A program made the translations under genes and the position numbers. A stretch of 64,000 nucleotides of DNA from Patescibacteria group bacterium (lineage in GTDB: Bacteria > Patescibacteriota > Patescibacteriia > SG8-24 > DYFX01): assembly GCA_041659045.1 (NCBI GenBank), contig JBAZZB010000004.1, positions 28,129-92,128 on the forward strand. Direction: 5' to 3'. A model generated the notes under the pieces. The model worked only from the letters and a program-made list of their open reading frames with translations. It was not told where the DNA came from and ran no database searches. Shown here in pieces: positions 16,512 through 26,161 of the stretch (its first letter is position 1; the number at the start of each line of letters is the position of its first letter).

Positions 16512-19160
16512 ATGCAGAAGCCGGAATTGGAAAAAGCCTACGACGCCTCCAAAGTGGAGGATGCGATCTATCGCCGCTGGGAAGCGAGCGGCTTTTTCAA
16601 TCCCGACAAACTGCCGGGTGGCAAGAAGAAGAAACCGTTCACGATCGTTCTGCCACCGCCGAACGCCACGGGCGTTCTCCATGTTGGTCACGCCACGATG
16701 CTCGCGCTGGAAGATTTGATGATTCGTTACAAGCGCATGCGCGGCTTCGCTTCGCTTTGGATTCCCGGCACCGATCACGCTTCGATCGCCACCCAGAACA
16801 AAGTCGAAAAGCTGATTCAAGAGAGCGAAAAGAAATCGCGCCACGATCTCGGCCGCGCCGAATTTTTGAAGCGCGTCGAGACGTTCGTCAAAGGTTCTCA
16901 AAACACGATTCGCAATCAAATCCGCAAAATGGGCTCGTCGATCGATTGGTCGCGCGAAGCCTACACGCTCGACAAGCCCCGCTCCGAAGCGGTGATCGAA
17001 ATGTTCAACCGCATGTACGAAGATGGTCTCGTGTACCGCGGCGAGCGCGTCGTGAACTGGTGCGTACGTTGCACCTCAACACTCGCGGACGACGAAGTTG
17101 AATACAAGGCGCAAAAAGCCAAGCTCTACTTCCTGAAGTACGGCCCATTTAGTGTCGCGACCACGCGCCCAGAAACGAAACTCGGCGACACCGCCGTGGC
17201 CGCCAACCCTTCCGACGAACGCTACAAGAGCTGGATCGGAAAAACGTTTGAACTCAACTGGGGTGAGGGTACCAAGCCGCTCACGATCCGCGTTATTGGC
17301 GATCACGAAGTCGACATGAAGTTTGGTTCAGGCCTCATCGGCGTCACGCCCGCCCACTCCGCGGTCGACTTCCGTATGGCCGAGAAGAACAAGCTCCCGA
17401 TCATCAAAGTGATCGGTGAAGATGGTCGCATGCTTGCGTCGGCAGGAAAGTACAAGGACATGACCGTTCTCGAAGCGCGTCATGCCTTCGTGAAAGACCT
17501 CGAAGCTCAAGGCTTGATCGAGAAGATCGAAGAGATCGATAACAATCTTTCGGCGTGCTACCGCTGCTCGACCGCCATCGAACCGCTCACCTCGCTCCAA
17601 TGGTTCGTCGACGTGAACAAAAAGATCAAAGGCCGCGGCAAGTCGCTCAAGGAGCTGTCGCTCGACGCCGTCAAAAAGAGCGGGGTCAAGATCATTCCCG
17701 ATCGTTTTGAGAAGGTCTACTACCATTGGATGGAGAACCTTCGCGATTGGTGCGTCTCTCGCCAGATTTGGTTCGGCCACCGCATTCCGGCCTGGCACTG
17801 CGAGAACGGCCACGTAAGCGTCGCGCGCAAAATGCCGACGAAGTGCACTGCGAAAGGTTGTGCTTCGAAAAAACTCCGCCAGGACGAAGACACGTTCGAT
17901 ACGTGGTTCTCTTCCGGCACCTGGACGTTCTCGACGCTCGGTTGGCCCAAGAAGACGCCGGACCTGAAACGCTTCCATCCGACAGATGTGTTGGAGACGG
18001 GTTACGACATCCTGTTCTTCTGGGTCGCCCGCATGATTTTGATGACGGAGTATGCCATGAAGCAGGTGCCGTTCAAAACCGTCTACCTGCATGGCCTCGT
18101 CCGCGACGAGCAGGGAAGGAAGATGTCGAAGTCGCTTGGCAACGTGCTCGACCCGCTCGACGTCATTCCGAAATACGGCACCGACGCCGTCCGTTTGTCG
18201 CTGGTCCTCGGCACGGCGCCTGGCGCCGATGCCAAGGTTTGGGAAGACAAGATCGCCGGCTATCGCAACTTCACCAACAAGCTCTGGAACATCTCGCGCT
18301 TCGTACTGACGAGCGTTTCAAAAGTTTCGCGCGTCTCGAAGAAGCCAACAGCCAAGACGCTCTCGGATAAATGGATTCTCGCACGTCTTGATTCCGTGGC
18401 TGCGCAGGCGACGTCCTCGATTGAGAAATTTGATTTCTCACCGGCGGGCGAATTGCTGCGCGACTTCACCTGGACGGAATTCGCTGACTGGTATTTGGAG
18501 ATCGCCAAGATCCAGATGCAAGACGCGAAACTTAAGGCGTCCACGGAAAAGATCTTGCTCTACGCGCTTGAGACTATTCTGAAACTTTGGCATCCCTACA
18601 TGCCGTTCGTTACCGAAGCAATCTGGGACATTCTTTCGGGCAACGCCAAAGGCAAGAAATTCCTCATGATCGAAGCGTGGCCGAAAGCGAAAGCCGTTGC
18701 AGCTCCGAAAGAATTCGCCTTGCTTCAAGAAATCATCGGCGCGATCCGCAACGTGCGCAGCGAATACAAAGTTGAACCCGCCAAAAAAGTTGACGCGACG
18801 ATCGTGGCCGGAGCGAAAGCAAAACTTTTGAAGGAAAACGCCGCCGTGATCGCTACACTTGCCCGCATCGAAACGCTGACGATTCTCCCGAAAGGGGAGA
18901 AACCAAAAGACGCGGCTTCAACAATGGCTGGCGGCGTCGAAATCCACCTTCCGCTTGCCGGCATGGTGGATATGGCCAAGGAGAAAGCTCGACTCGAAAA
19001 GGAGAAGGAGAATCTCACGGGCTTCGTGAAGAACCTGGAAGCCAAACTCTCGAACCCCGGTTACACCGACAACGCGCCGAAAGAGGTGGTCGAGAAAACA
19101 CGTCAGATGCTCGCCGAGAAGAAAGAAGAATTGAAGAAAATTGAAACCGCCCTGGGTTGA
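16512..19160 (+). CDS. valS: Valine--tRNA ligase
   Basis: PPPNATGVLHVGH, GTDHASIATQ, DWCVSRQIWFGHRIP, KMSKS, C-terminal coiled coil. Confidence 0.98.
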   Translation: MQKPELEKAYDASKVEDAIYRRWEASGFFNPDKLPGGKKKKPFTIVLPPPNATGVLHVGHATMLALEDLMIRYKRMRGFASLWIPGTDHASIATQNKVEKLIQESEKKSRHDLGRAEFLKRVETFVKGSQNTIRNQIRKMGSSIDWSREAYTLDKPRSEAVIEMFNRMYEDGLVYRGERVVNWCVRCTSTLADDEVEYKAQKAKLYFLKYGPFSVATTRPETKLGDTAVAANPSDERYKSWIGKTFELNWGEGTKPLTIRVIGDHEVDMKFGSGLIGVTPAHSAVDFRMAEKNKLPIIKVIGEDGRMLASAGKYKDMTVLEARHAFVKDLEAQGLIEKIEEIDNNLSACYRCSTAIEPLTSLQWFVDVNKKIKGRGKSLKELSLDAVKKSGVKIIPDRFEKVYYHWMENLRDWCVSRQIWFGHRIPAWHCENGHVSVARKMPTKCTAKGCASKKLRQDEDTFDTWFSSGTWTFSTLGWPKKTPDLKRFHPTDVLETGYDILFFWVARMILMTEYAMKQVPFKTVYLHGLVRDEQGRKMSKSLGNVLDPLDVIPKYGTDAVRLSLVLGTAPGADAKVWEDKIAGYRNFTNKLWNISRFVLTSVSKVSRVSKKPTAKTLSDKWILARLDSVAAQATSSIEKFDFSPAGELLRDFTWTEFADWYLEIAKIQMQDAKLKASTEKILLYALETILKLWHPYMPFVTEAIWDILSGNAKGKKFLMIEAWPKAKAVAAPKEFALLQEIIGAIRNVRSEYKVEPAKKVDATIVAGAKAKLLKENAAVIATLARIETLTILPKGEKPKDAASTMAGGVEIHLPLAGMVDMAKEKARLEKEKENLTGFVKNLEAKLSNPGYTDNAPKEVVEKTRQMLAEKKEELKKIETALG

Positions 19161-19186
19161 CACCAGGCGGTTTTTTTGTGTAGCGT
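19144..19186 (+). promoter_or_regulatory. Fused stop/terminator/promoter module 1
   Basis: Hairpin AAACCGCCCTGG-GTTGACA-CCAGGCGG-T7; TTGACA contains the valS TGA; TAGCGT after N18. Confidence 0.7.
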
Positions 19187-19204
19187 TCCATTCAGGAGGT
19201 TCCA

Positions 19205-19765
19205 ATGCTGCTCTTTCTCATCGTGCTTGGGCTCGTTGCCATAGTCGTGCTCGTGGTCACGCTGCTCCGCCTCGGAGCTCGGAAGCGTACGTTCGAGCAC
19301 GCCGAGGAAACAAAGAAGAAGTTGAACGAACTGCTTCGTGCCGTCATGCAGTGGCAGGGCAGTGAATACGACTTCGTGCCGTACGACAGCGACCGTAAGT
19401 TCGACGATCGGAATCGTGGGTATCGTTCGCTCACACTGCGTCCCGACGACAAGGTGGCCTGGGACATCACGACCGATCCGCAGATGAAGTGCCGCGTGAA
19501 GCTTCGGTGGAAGGACGCGCAGGGTGAAGACAGAGAGTTCTGCTACCCGAGTGCCATGGGCTTTTCCGAGGAGCAGTGGCTGAAGACGATGGTCGACATC
19601 GTGCTCTGGTACGTACACGAGATGCCGCCGCCGCGCACGCATGAAGAGTGGATGGCCAAGCGCCGCCAGGAGACCGCGGCAACAATCGCTCGCGCCGAGG
19701 CTCGCAGCGTCGCAGAAGGCGACAGCTTCTCCTCGCTCGAAGATCCTTTGGATGACATGGACTAA
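19205..19765 (+). CDS. Membrane-anchored hypothetical protein (array gene A)
   Basis: AGGAGG SD; N-terminal TM followed by basic residues. Confidence 0.8.
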   Translation: MLLFLIVLGLVAIVVLVVTLLRLGARKRTFEHAEETKKKLNELLRAVMQWQGSEYDFVPYDSDRKFDDRNRGYRSLTLRPDDKVAWDITTDPQMKCRVKLRWKDAQGEDREFCYPSAMGFSEEQWLKTMVDIVLWYVHEMPPPRTHEEWMAKRRQETAATIARAEARSVAEGDSFSSLEDPLDDMD

Positions 19766-19803
19766 CCGCCGGGATTGACCCTAGGCGGTTTTTTTGTTAT
19801 CGT
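19764..19803 (+). promoter_or_regulatory. Fused terminator/promoter module 2
   Basis: AACCGCCGGGA-TTGACC-CTAGGCGG-T7-GT-TATCGT (N17 spacing). Confidence 0.75.
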
Positions 19804-19830
19804 CCCCGCACGTTCATTGTGGAGGAGCTC

Positions 19831-20433
19831 ATGTCAAAATCGCGATTCGTGTGGCCGTCCTGGTTTTCTTCAGCGCTTTCCTGCGCGACGCTGCTCTGGT
19901 TGACCTACTTCTTCTGGCCCGCTTGGTACATCCCGGCAGCGGGCGCCGGACTCGCAATCGTCGTGGGCCTTGTCATGGATTGGCGCCGAGGTCAGAGGGC
20001 GAAGCAAGAAGGTTGGAAGCTGCTCGAGCCGATGTTCGATGAGTTGATCCGCGCCGTTGAATTCCGCACGCGGCCGCTCGATGCGATCGTTCTCTACAAC
20101 GCGCGTCGGCGGAACGGCAATCTTCTCACGCACCAGCTCCAAGTGCAGATCGAATCACGCATCTACGCGCTCCGGACGATGATGGAGGTTGAAGGGCGAC
20201 ACGCCGGGCACATCAATGTCCGTTTCACCGTGCAAGGCCCCGGCGATTTCAAAGCGCAGGCGTACTATCCAGACGTCTATCGCGCCGCACGGCCCTTGCC
20301 GCGCCTCGCCGAACAGCTGGAGAAACTTCAATCGCTCATTGGAAATGCCAGCGCGTACGAGAAACGTCGCAAACGCCTCAGCGCGCTCGGCATCGACATC
20401 CCCCTTCGCACCGACACGCCGCTCGATATTTGA
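19831..20433 (+). CDS. Membrane-anchored hypothetical protein (array gene B)
   Basis: GGAGGAG SD; two N-terminal hydrophobic segments. Confidence 0.8.
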   Translation: MSKSRFVWPSWFSSALSCATLLWLTYFFWPAWYIPAAGAGLAIVVGLVMDWRRGQRAKQEGWKLLEPMFDELIRAVEFRTRPLDAIVLYNARRRNGNLLTHQLQVQIESRIYALRTMMEVEGRHAGHINVRFTVQGPGDFKAQAYYPDVYRAARPLPRLAEQLEKLQSLIGNASAYEKRRKRLSALGIDIPLRTDTPLDI

Positions 20434-20458
20434 CCTCGGGCGGTTTTTTCTTTAGGTT
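20419..20458 (+). promoter_or_regulatory. Fused stop/terminator/promoter module 3
   Basis: CCGCTCGA-TAT-TTGACC-TCGGGCGG-T6-CTT-TAGGTT (N17); TGA of gene B inside TTGACC. Confidence 0.75.
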
Positions 20459-20487
20459 GAACCCACGTATCGAACAAAGGAGCCATC

Positions 20488-21003
20488 ATGCCGCCCGTGG
20501 TCCAATTGCTCATCGGCTTAGCCGTCCTTGCCGCCCTTTTCTTCCTCGGTCGTCGTCTCAGGCTGCATCTCGCCGAACGAGAATTCCGCGCGCCGCTTGG
20601 CACGAATCTCGATTGGCTGATCGGGCAGTTGAGATGTTACGACACGGTGCCGCTCCAGGATCTGTACATCACGCACGCGGGTGCGCATCCCGGCGTCGAC
20701 GATCCGAACGACGTTTCTACGCACTACGAAGTGTATCCTCGTGGAAACCACCGCTTCTCCTTTTCGCGCATCGGTCATGGTGAGAAGGTTTGGTATCGCG
20801 TCGATCGCTGGTGCAAGAATCCACTGGACGCCTCGAACTTTCCGCCGTGGGGTGTTGGCGCATGCCGCAGCTCCTGGTTCGTGGAACGAATGAAAACCCT
20901 CTGTGACCTGCTCGATCGCTATCCACGTGAGAGGACGCTCTCCTCGCGCGCTCAATGCGTCATGGACGGCAAACCTGATCCGTTTCCTCACACTCCGGCT
21001 TGA
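20488..21003 (+). CDS. Membrane-anchored hypothetical protein (array gene C)
   Basis: AAGGAG SD; N-terminal TM then GRRLR. Confidence 0.8.
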   Translation: MPPVVQLLIGLAVLAALFFLGRRLRLHLAEREFRAPLGTNLDWLIGQLRCYDTVPLQDLYITHAGAHPGVDDPNDVSTHYEVYPRGNHRFSFSRIGHGEKVWYRVDRWCKNPLDASNFPPWGVGACRSSWFVERMKTLCDLLDRYPRERTLSSRAQCVMDGKPDPFPHTPA

Positions 21004-21028
21004 CCTAAGCCGGTTTTTTTGTTAGCGT
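20995..21028 (+). promoter_or_regulatory. Fused stop/terminator/promoter module 4
   Basis: CCGGC-TTGACC-TAAGCCGG-T7-GT-TAGCGT (N17); TGA of gene C inside TTGACC. Confidence 0.78.
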
Positions 21029-21057
21029 CCGAGCGACCACGTACGAAAGGATCGCGC

Positions 21058-21633
21058 ATGCGTTTCATCACGGCACTGCTCATTTTCCTCGGTGTCATCG
21101 GTCTGCCGATCATGCTTCTCTGGCAGCACCAGCGGCATGTGCACCGTGCGCATGAAGCGGCGGTCAAAGCGCTCCTGTCGCGCTATATCGATGGAATCAT
21201 CCGTCTGACGGTCGTCGGTCCGCCGGCCTTTCACGAGATTACGATGATCGAGAATACACTCGGCGGTAAGATCATACGTCGCCTGTATCGCATCTTCCTG
21301 AGGCCAGCTCTCGGTTTCACGATCGAGGCATGCTGGGAGAAGAATCGTTGGGAGTACTCGGCGCGTTTTTTCGACCCGCTCGAAGAACGCTATCAGGAAT
21401 TTCCGATCGTTCGGAACTACAGGTTTCACACGCCCTGGTTCGAAGCCAAGGCCGAGACGCTGATGCAAGTTCTTGAGGCCTACATGCGTCATCCGCTCGT
21501 GAAGTCGCGCGAAGGCGGGGCCTTTAGCAGCGACTTCGATCGCGTCGCAGCTCTTTTCAACGTCACAAAGTGGAATACCATCGACTACGAGGCTTTCTTC
21601 CAGTCCGCGCGAGACCTCCGACCGGCTGCTTGA
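21058..21633 (+). CDS. Membrane-anchored hypothetical protein (array gene D)
   Basis: AAGGA SD; N-terminal TM. Confidence 0.8.
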   Translation: MRFITALLIFLGVIGLPIMLLWQHQRHVHRAHEAAVKALLSRYIDGIIRLTVVGPPAFHEITMIENTLGGKIIRRLYRIFLRPALGFTIEACWEKNRWEYSARFFDPLEERYQEFPIVRNYRFHTPWFEAKAETLMQVLEAYMRHPLVKSREGGAFSSDFDRVAALFNVTKWNTIDYEAFFQSARDLRPAA

Positions 21634-21658
21634 CGCAAGCCGGTTTTTTTGTTCAGAT
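21621..21658 (+). promoter_or_regulatory. Fused stop/terminator module 5 (-10 degenerate)
   Basis: ACCGGCTGC-TTGAC-GCAAGCCGG-T7-GT; TGA of gene D inside TTGACG; poor -10 (TCAGAT). Confidence 0.65.
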
Positions 21659-21673
21659 AAAAAAGGAAGGAGC

Positions 21674-22207
21674 GTGCGCCCCATGACGTTTTTCCACTGG
21701 TTCAAATGGTTGGTCATCGTCGTTTTCTTCGTTGCGTTCTTCATCGTGAGCGTGATTCTGTTGAGCCGTCGCCTCGAGAAAAAACGATTGGCGAAGGTCT
21801 CGACACCACCGGGGCAGGATCGGTTGCTCTACGACCGCCTCGCCGCAGAGATGTTGGCTTACGCGTCCGAGAGTGGCGTGGTCTATCACCAAGAGATCGA
21901 GTCTCGTTTTGGCGAGCACGCTTTCGTACGTACGACCTCCGATCGGTTTGGCAAGAAGCGCTACGTTGAGCGCCAACGCTGGTACAACGGACGAATTCAA
22001 TACACGATCTGTCGATACGACAACAGCTCGAGCACGCCGTCGGACTCCGCGATCTGCGAGCAAGCGGTGTCTTCGTCCGCTAGGGACGTGTACTACGACA
22101 GCATTCGCGATATTCGCGAACACGGCTCAAAGATCTCGTTTCGGGACGGTGATGGGCTGAACTGCCAGTTGCGCGTTCCGCCGAAGCCTGTCGAATCTCG
22201 CGTCTAA
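21674..22207 (+). CDS. Membrane-anchored hypothetical protein (array gene E)
   Basis: AAGGAAGGAG SD; start GTG 21674 or ATG 21683; N-terminal TM then RRLEKKR. Confidence 0.75.
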   Translation: MRPMTFFHWFKWLVIVVFFVAFFIVSVILLSRRLEKKRLAKVSTPPGQDRLLYDRLAAEMLAYASESGVVYHQEIESRFGEHAFVRTTSDRFGKKRYVERQRWYNGRIQYTICRYDNSSSTPSDSAICEQAVSSSARDVYYDSIRDIREHGSKISFRDGDGLNCQLRVPPKPVESRV

Positions 22208-22293
22208 CTCCTCCATGCTTCGCGCTGGAGGTTTTTTATTGACGCGTCGCCCCGGCTCGTGAGAGGTTGGATGCAACCTGACGGGAGGTTCGT

Positions 22294-22677
22294 ATGCGTG
22301 TCCTGACCTGGTTGCTCGGTAGCCTCGTCGCTGCCGCGACGGCGGCCTATGTCGCGAAACAGCACACAAAGAAAAGCACCGTCGATCAGTTCTTGGGTGC
22401 TATCGAGGCCAAACGTGTCGCGGTGCATGCCGAGTGGGATAGCATTCCCGCTCGCAACATTCGCGAGCAGTGGTTCGAAGGCATTGCTGATGGCGAGCCG
22501 TTCCGTTTCAGTGCCCGCACCGACAAGTCCAGCACCGAATGGGGCTTCGCCCTCGACTGGAAGGGGGAGACGACGTTCGAACGTTGGAACATCTTAAAGC
22601 AAGGTCGTACGCGCACCCTCGCTGCCATTCATCTCGCCCTCAAGCGCCTGCCCGTCCAAGATCGGCAGGAGCACTGA
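22294..22677 (+). CDS. Membrane-anchored hypothetical protein (array gene F)
   Basis: GGGAGG SD; N-terminal hydrophobic helix; upstream hairpin-T6 followed by TTGACG. Confidence 0.75.
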   Translation: MRVLTWLLGSLVAAATAAYVAKQHTKKSTVDQFLGAIEAKRVAVHAEWDSIPARNIREQWFEGIADGEPFRFSARTDKSSTEWGFALDWKGETTFERWNILKQGRTRTLAAIHLALKRLPVQDRQEH

Positions 22678-22779
22678 CAACCCATGATGGGTTGCTTTTT
22701 TTGTCTTGACATGCGCGCTTTTTTCTGCAAATGTGCTTGCGCGCCTTTCCACCGCTACCCTCCACAAGGAGCCGCTCTG

Positions 22780-23199
22780 ATGCCACAGATCTTCCTCGGC
22801 ATTTTCCTGATCCTGCTTATCGTCGTGCCCGTGTTCGTTTACGACCGCCGTCGCGCTGTCGAGGATGGGCGACGTCATCTGCTCGACATGCTCCGTCGCA
22901 CACCCGATGACAGTCTGCACCTTGTTCGCTTCGGGAAGTTCAGGGCCAACGACCGCATCAGTATGGTGCTCCTCGGCTTCTTCAAGAAGTCGTTCCATCA
23001 CTACCATCTGCGTATCGAGACGACTGGCGTGAAGAAGCGTTATCGTCTCCAACACTCGCTTGATTGGCCTGGTCCGGGATGGCTGACGAAAGAGCATCAA
23101 GGACAGATTGGCGACGAGGTCTGGACGGCCACGCTCGCGCTCATCTCCGCCGCGACCGATCTCCACAACCTCGTACGTGACGAACAGGCCGCTGCCTGA
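22780..23199 (+). CDS. Membrane-anchored hypothetical protein (array gene G)
   Basis: AAGGAG SD; N-terminal TM then DRRR; upstream hairpin-T run followed by TTGACA. Confidence 0.75.
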   Translation: MPQIFLGIFLILLIVVPVFVYDRRRAVEDGRRHLLDMLRRTPDDSLHLVRFGKFRANDRISMVLLGFFKKSFHHYHLRIETTGVKKRYRLQHSLDWPGPGWLTKEHQGQIGDEVWTATLALISAATDLHNLVRDEQAAA

Positions 23200-23211
23200 A
23201 TCGTCTCACGG

Positions 23212-23235
23212 ACAGCCCTTCGGGGTTGTTTTTTT
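23212..23235 (+). terminator. Intrinsic terminator closing the ORFan array
   Basis: ACAGCCC-TTCG-GGGTTGT-T run. Confidence 0.75.
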
Positions 23236-23262
23236 ATGCCTTAAACGCTAAAGTCTCTCCAT

Positions 23263-24447
23263 ATGAAAGCCCCGTCTGACGCCGCAATTGAACGACTCTT
23301 GGGACATCAAGTCGCCGACGTAATCGTTCGTGAGAGCCTTGAGAAGAAGCTCCGCTCCGGCAAGAAACTCCGCATCAAGTTCGGAGCCGACCCGTCGCGC
23401 CCGGATCTCCACCTCGGACATGCTGTCGTGCTCCGCAAACTGCGCGAGTTCCAAGACCTCGGTCACACGGTCATCTTTTTGATCGGTGACTTTACGGCAC
23501 TGATCGGCGACCCGACGGGCAAATCCAAAACGCGCCCAATGCTCTCCTCGAAGGAGATCAAGGAAAACGCGAAAACCTACATGAAGCAGGTGGGCAAGGT
23601 TTTGAATGTGAAGAAAGGCGAGCTTCGCTACAACTCGGAATGGCTGGGCAAGATGAAGGCCGCCGATTTTGTCTCGCTCTGCGCCCAGTTCACCCTCGCC
23701 CGCATCACTGAGCGCGACGACTTCTCAAAGCGCTTGGCTGCCAAAACAGATGTGTACATGCACGAGCTGCTCTACCCCATGCTCCAAGCCTACGATTCGA
23801 TTGCCTTGAATGCCGATGTCGAACTCGGCGCGACCGATCAAACCTTCAACCTCCTCGCTGGGCGTGCGCTCATGAGTAAGAAGGAGCTCGTTCCTCAAGA
23901 TATTCTGACGACGCCGATTTTGGTCGGCACCGACGGCAAGGAAAAGATGTCGAAGTCGCTCGGCAACTACATCGGTCTGACGGACTCCGCCGAAGACATG
24001 TTCGGAAAAACGATGTCCGTGCCGGACTCCGCGCTGCCGAACTGGCTCGAACTCGCCGTGGATTACTCGAAAGAAGAGATCGCCGCCGAGAACGCCGCGC
24101 TCAAGAAGGGGGAGAATCCGCGCGACGTGAAGATGCGTCTCGCGAAGAGGCTCGTCTCCCTCTATCACGATAAGAAAGCGGCCGACAAAGCCGAAGAAGG
24201 TTTCAAGGCACGTTTCCAAAAGGGGGAGATGCCGACGGAGATGAAAAGCTGGAAGCTGCCGAAGCCGATGAAACTGTACGAAATCGTCGCTTCCGCGTTC
24301 GCTATGTCCAACTCGCAGGCACGCCGCGATATCGAAAGCGGTGGCGTGAAGATTGATGGCGCGGCCGTAAAAAATCCGATGCAGGAAATCGCCAAAGGCG
24401 GGGTTGTCCTTCAGAAGGGCAAGCTGCATTTCGTGAAGATTGTCTGA
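23263..24447 (+). CDS. tyrS: Tyrosine--tRNA ligase
   Basis: KFGADPSRPDLHLGH, LYPMLQAYD, ELGATDQ, KMSKS, C-terminal S4 domain. Confidence 0.97.
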   Translation: MKAPSDAAIERLLGHQVADVIVRESLEKKLRSGKKLRIKFGADPSRPDLHLGHAVVLRKLREFQDLGHTVIFLIGDFTALIGDPTGKSKTRPMLSSKEIKENAKTYMKQVGKVLNVKKGELRYNSEWLGKMKAADFVSLCAQFTLARITERDDFSKRLAAKTDVYMHELLYPMLQAYDSIALNADVELGATDQTFNLLAGRALMSKKELVPQDILTTPILVGTDGKEKMSKSLGNYIGLTDSAEDMFGKTMSVPDSALPNWLELAVDYSKEEIAAENAALKKGENPRDVKMRLAKRLVSLYHDKKAADKAEEGFKARFQKGEMPTEMKSWKLPKPMKLYEIVASAFAMSNSQARRDIESGGVKIDGAAVKNPMQEIAKGGVVLQKGKLHFVKIV

Positions 24448-24448
24448 C

Positions 24449-26161
24449 ATGTATTTGATTGAAGAACTGAAAGCCTCGCTTGCGAAGGCGCTTTCGAAGG
24501 CGACGGCTGAAGATATCACGGCAGATGCTCTGGAATACCCCGAGCTGTCCGAAAACGGTGACCTCGCGTTTCCGTGCTTTTCATTAGCAAAAAAACTGAA
24601 GTCCGCTCCGCCGAAGATCGCCACAGACCTCACGGCAGAAGTAAAACTTCCGGAGGGTTTCGAGCGTGTCGAAGCCAAGGGGCCGTATCTCAACTTTTTC
24701 TTTGACCGCTCCTCACTCGTTGAAGAGGTGGCCTCTGCCGTTCTCAAAGCCGGCGAAGCCTATGGCGACCGCAAGGGTGATCATGAAAAAGTCATGGTCG
24801 AATACATCAGCCCGAACAACAACAAGCCATTGCACCTTGGCCACGTGCGTAATGGCTTAGTTGGCGAGTCACTTTCGAATCTCTACGAATCGCAGGGAAA
24901 GAAAGTCACGCGCGCACTGCTCTTGAACGACCGCGGTCTCGCAATTGCCAAAGCCATGGTCGCCTACATGAAGTGGGGGAATGATGCGACGCCAGACACG
25001 CTCGGCAAAAAGGGCGATCACTATCTCGGCGACCTGTACGTCCTGTACGAACAGGAGGCGAAAAAGGACGAGAATTTGGAAAAAGCGGCCCACGAAATCA
25101 TTCGCAAGTGGGAAGCCGGCGACGCTGAGACGCGCGCTCTTTGGAAAACCATGAGCACCTGGTGCGAGGCCGGACAGCACGACACCTACAAACGCTTCGG
25201 CTTCCGTTTTGACGTCGAGTACAAGGAGTCGGAAATCTATCAAGAAGGAAAAGACATCGTCGAACTCGGTTTGAAAAAAGGCGTCTTCAAAAAAGACGAA
25301 ACAGGCGCCGTCTTCGCCGATCTTGAAGAGTACAAACTGCCGAACAAAATCGTGCTTCGGTCCGACGGCACCTCGCTCTACATCACGCAGGATCTCTACC
25401 TCGCCAAAAAGAAATTTGATGAGGAAGGAATCGATGCGTCGGTCTACGTTGTCGGCAACGAACAGAATTTGCACTTCCAGCAACTCTTCAAAATTTTGGA
25501 GCTGCTCGGTTTTGAGTGGGCGAGCAGGGCGAAACATCTTTCTTACGGCTACGTCACGTTGCCCGAAGGCCGCATGAAGTCGCGCGAAGGCACCGTCGTC
25601 GATGCGGACGACTTGCTTTCCGCGCTCGAAACGGACGCGGCGATGGAAATCAAGCAGCGCCACGCGACGTTGCCTGACGACGAGGTTGTCCGCCGTGCGC
25701 ACTCCGTTGCACTGGCCGCCGTGAAGTTTTATTTCCTCGAAGTCGATATTTCTTCGGACATGGTCTACGACCCGAAAGCCTCGCTTTCGTTCACGGGCAA
25801 GACGGGCCCGTATCTCCAGTACATGCACGCCCGCATCCAGTCGCTCATCAAGAAGGCTGAGTTGGAATCAAAGCCTGAGGGCGAAGGGCGCAATCTTGCC
25901 TCAGAGGAGTTCGCGCTGGCCTTCACGCTCGCGCGTTTCCCAGAGGCCGTCCATCGCGCCGCTGAACAGGACCGCCCATCGCTTGTGGCCGCCCATGTCT
26001 ACGAGACAGCCAAGGCGATCGCCGCGCTTTACGAGAATGCCCCCGTGCTTTCGGCCTCAAAAGAGGATCGCAAAGCACGTTTGAGCTTGCTTGAAGCCTC
26101 CGCCGTCGTCTTGAAACGGGGGACGGAACTCCTAGGTTTCTCGGTTCCTGATGAAATGTAG
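24449..26161 (+). CDS. argS: Arginine--tRNA ligase
   Basis: VEYISPNNNKPLHLGH, RSDGTSLY, MKSREG, TGPYLQYMHAR. Confidence 0.97.
   Translation: MYLIEELKASLAKALSKATAEDITADALEYPELSENGDLAFPCFSLAKKLKSAPPKIATDLTAEVKLPEGFERVEAKGPYLNFFFDRSSLVEEVASAVLKAGEAYGDRKGDHEKVMVEYISPNNNKPLHLGHVRNGLVGESLSNLYESQGKKVTRALLLNDRGLAIAKAMVAYMKWGNDATPDTLGKKGDHYLGDLYVLYEQEAKKDENLEKAAHEIIRKWEAGDAETRALWKTMSTWCEAGQHDTYKRFGFRFDVEYKESEIYQEGKDIVELGLKKGVFKKDETGAVFADLEEYKLPNKIVLRSDGTSLYITQDLYLAKKKFDEEGIDASVYVVGNEQNLHFQQLFKILELLGFEWASRAKHLSYGYVTLPEGRMKSREGTVVDADDLLSALETDAAMEIKQRHATLPDDEVVRRAHSVALAAVKFYFLEVDISSDMVYDPKASLSFTGKTGPYLQYMHARIQSLIKKAELESKPEGEGRNLASEEFALAFTLARFPEAVHRAAEQDRPSLVAAHVYETAKAIAALYENAPVLSASKEDRKARLSLLEASAVVLKRGTELLGFSVPDEM

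Noticed and set aside
19144-23235. Integron cassette array with attC sites
   Set aside because: There is no intI in the window. Only one junction (GTCTAAC 22202 ... GTTGGAT 22266) loosely fits RYYYAAC/GTTRRRY, without clear L boxes. The junctions fit terminator plus promoter better.
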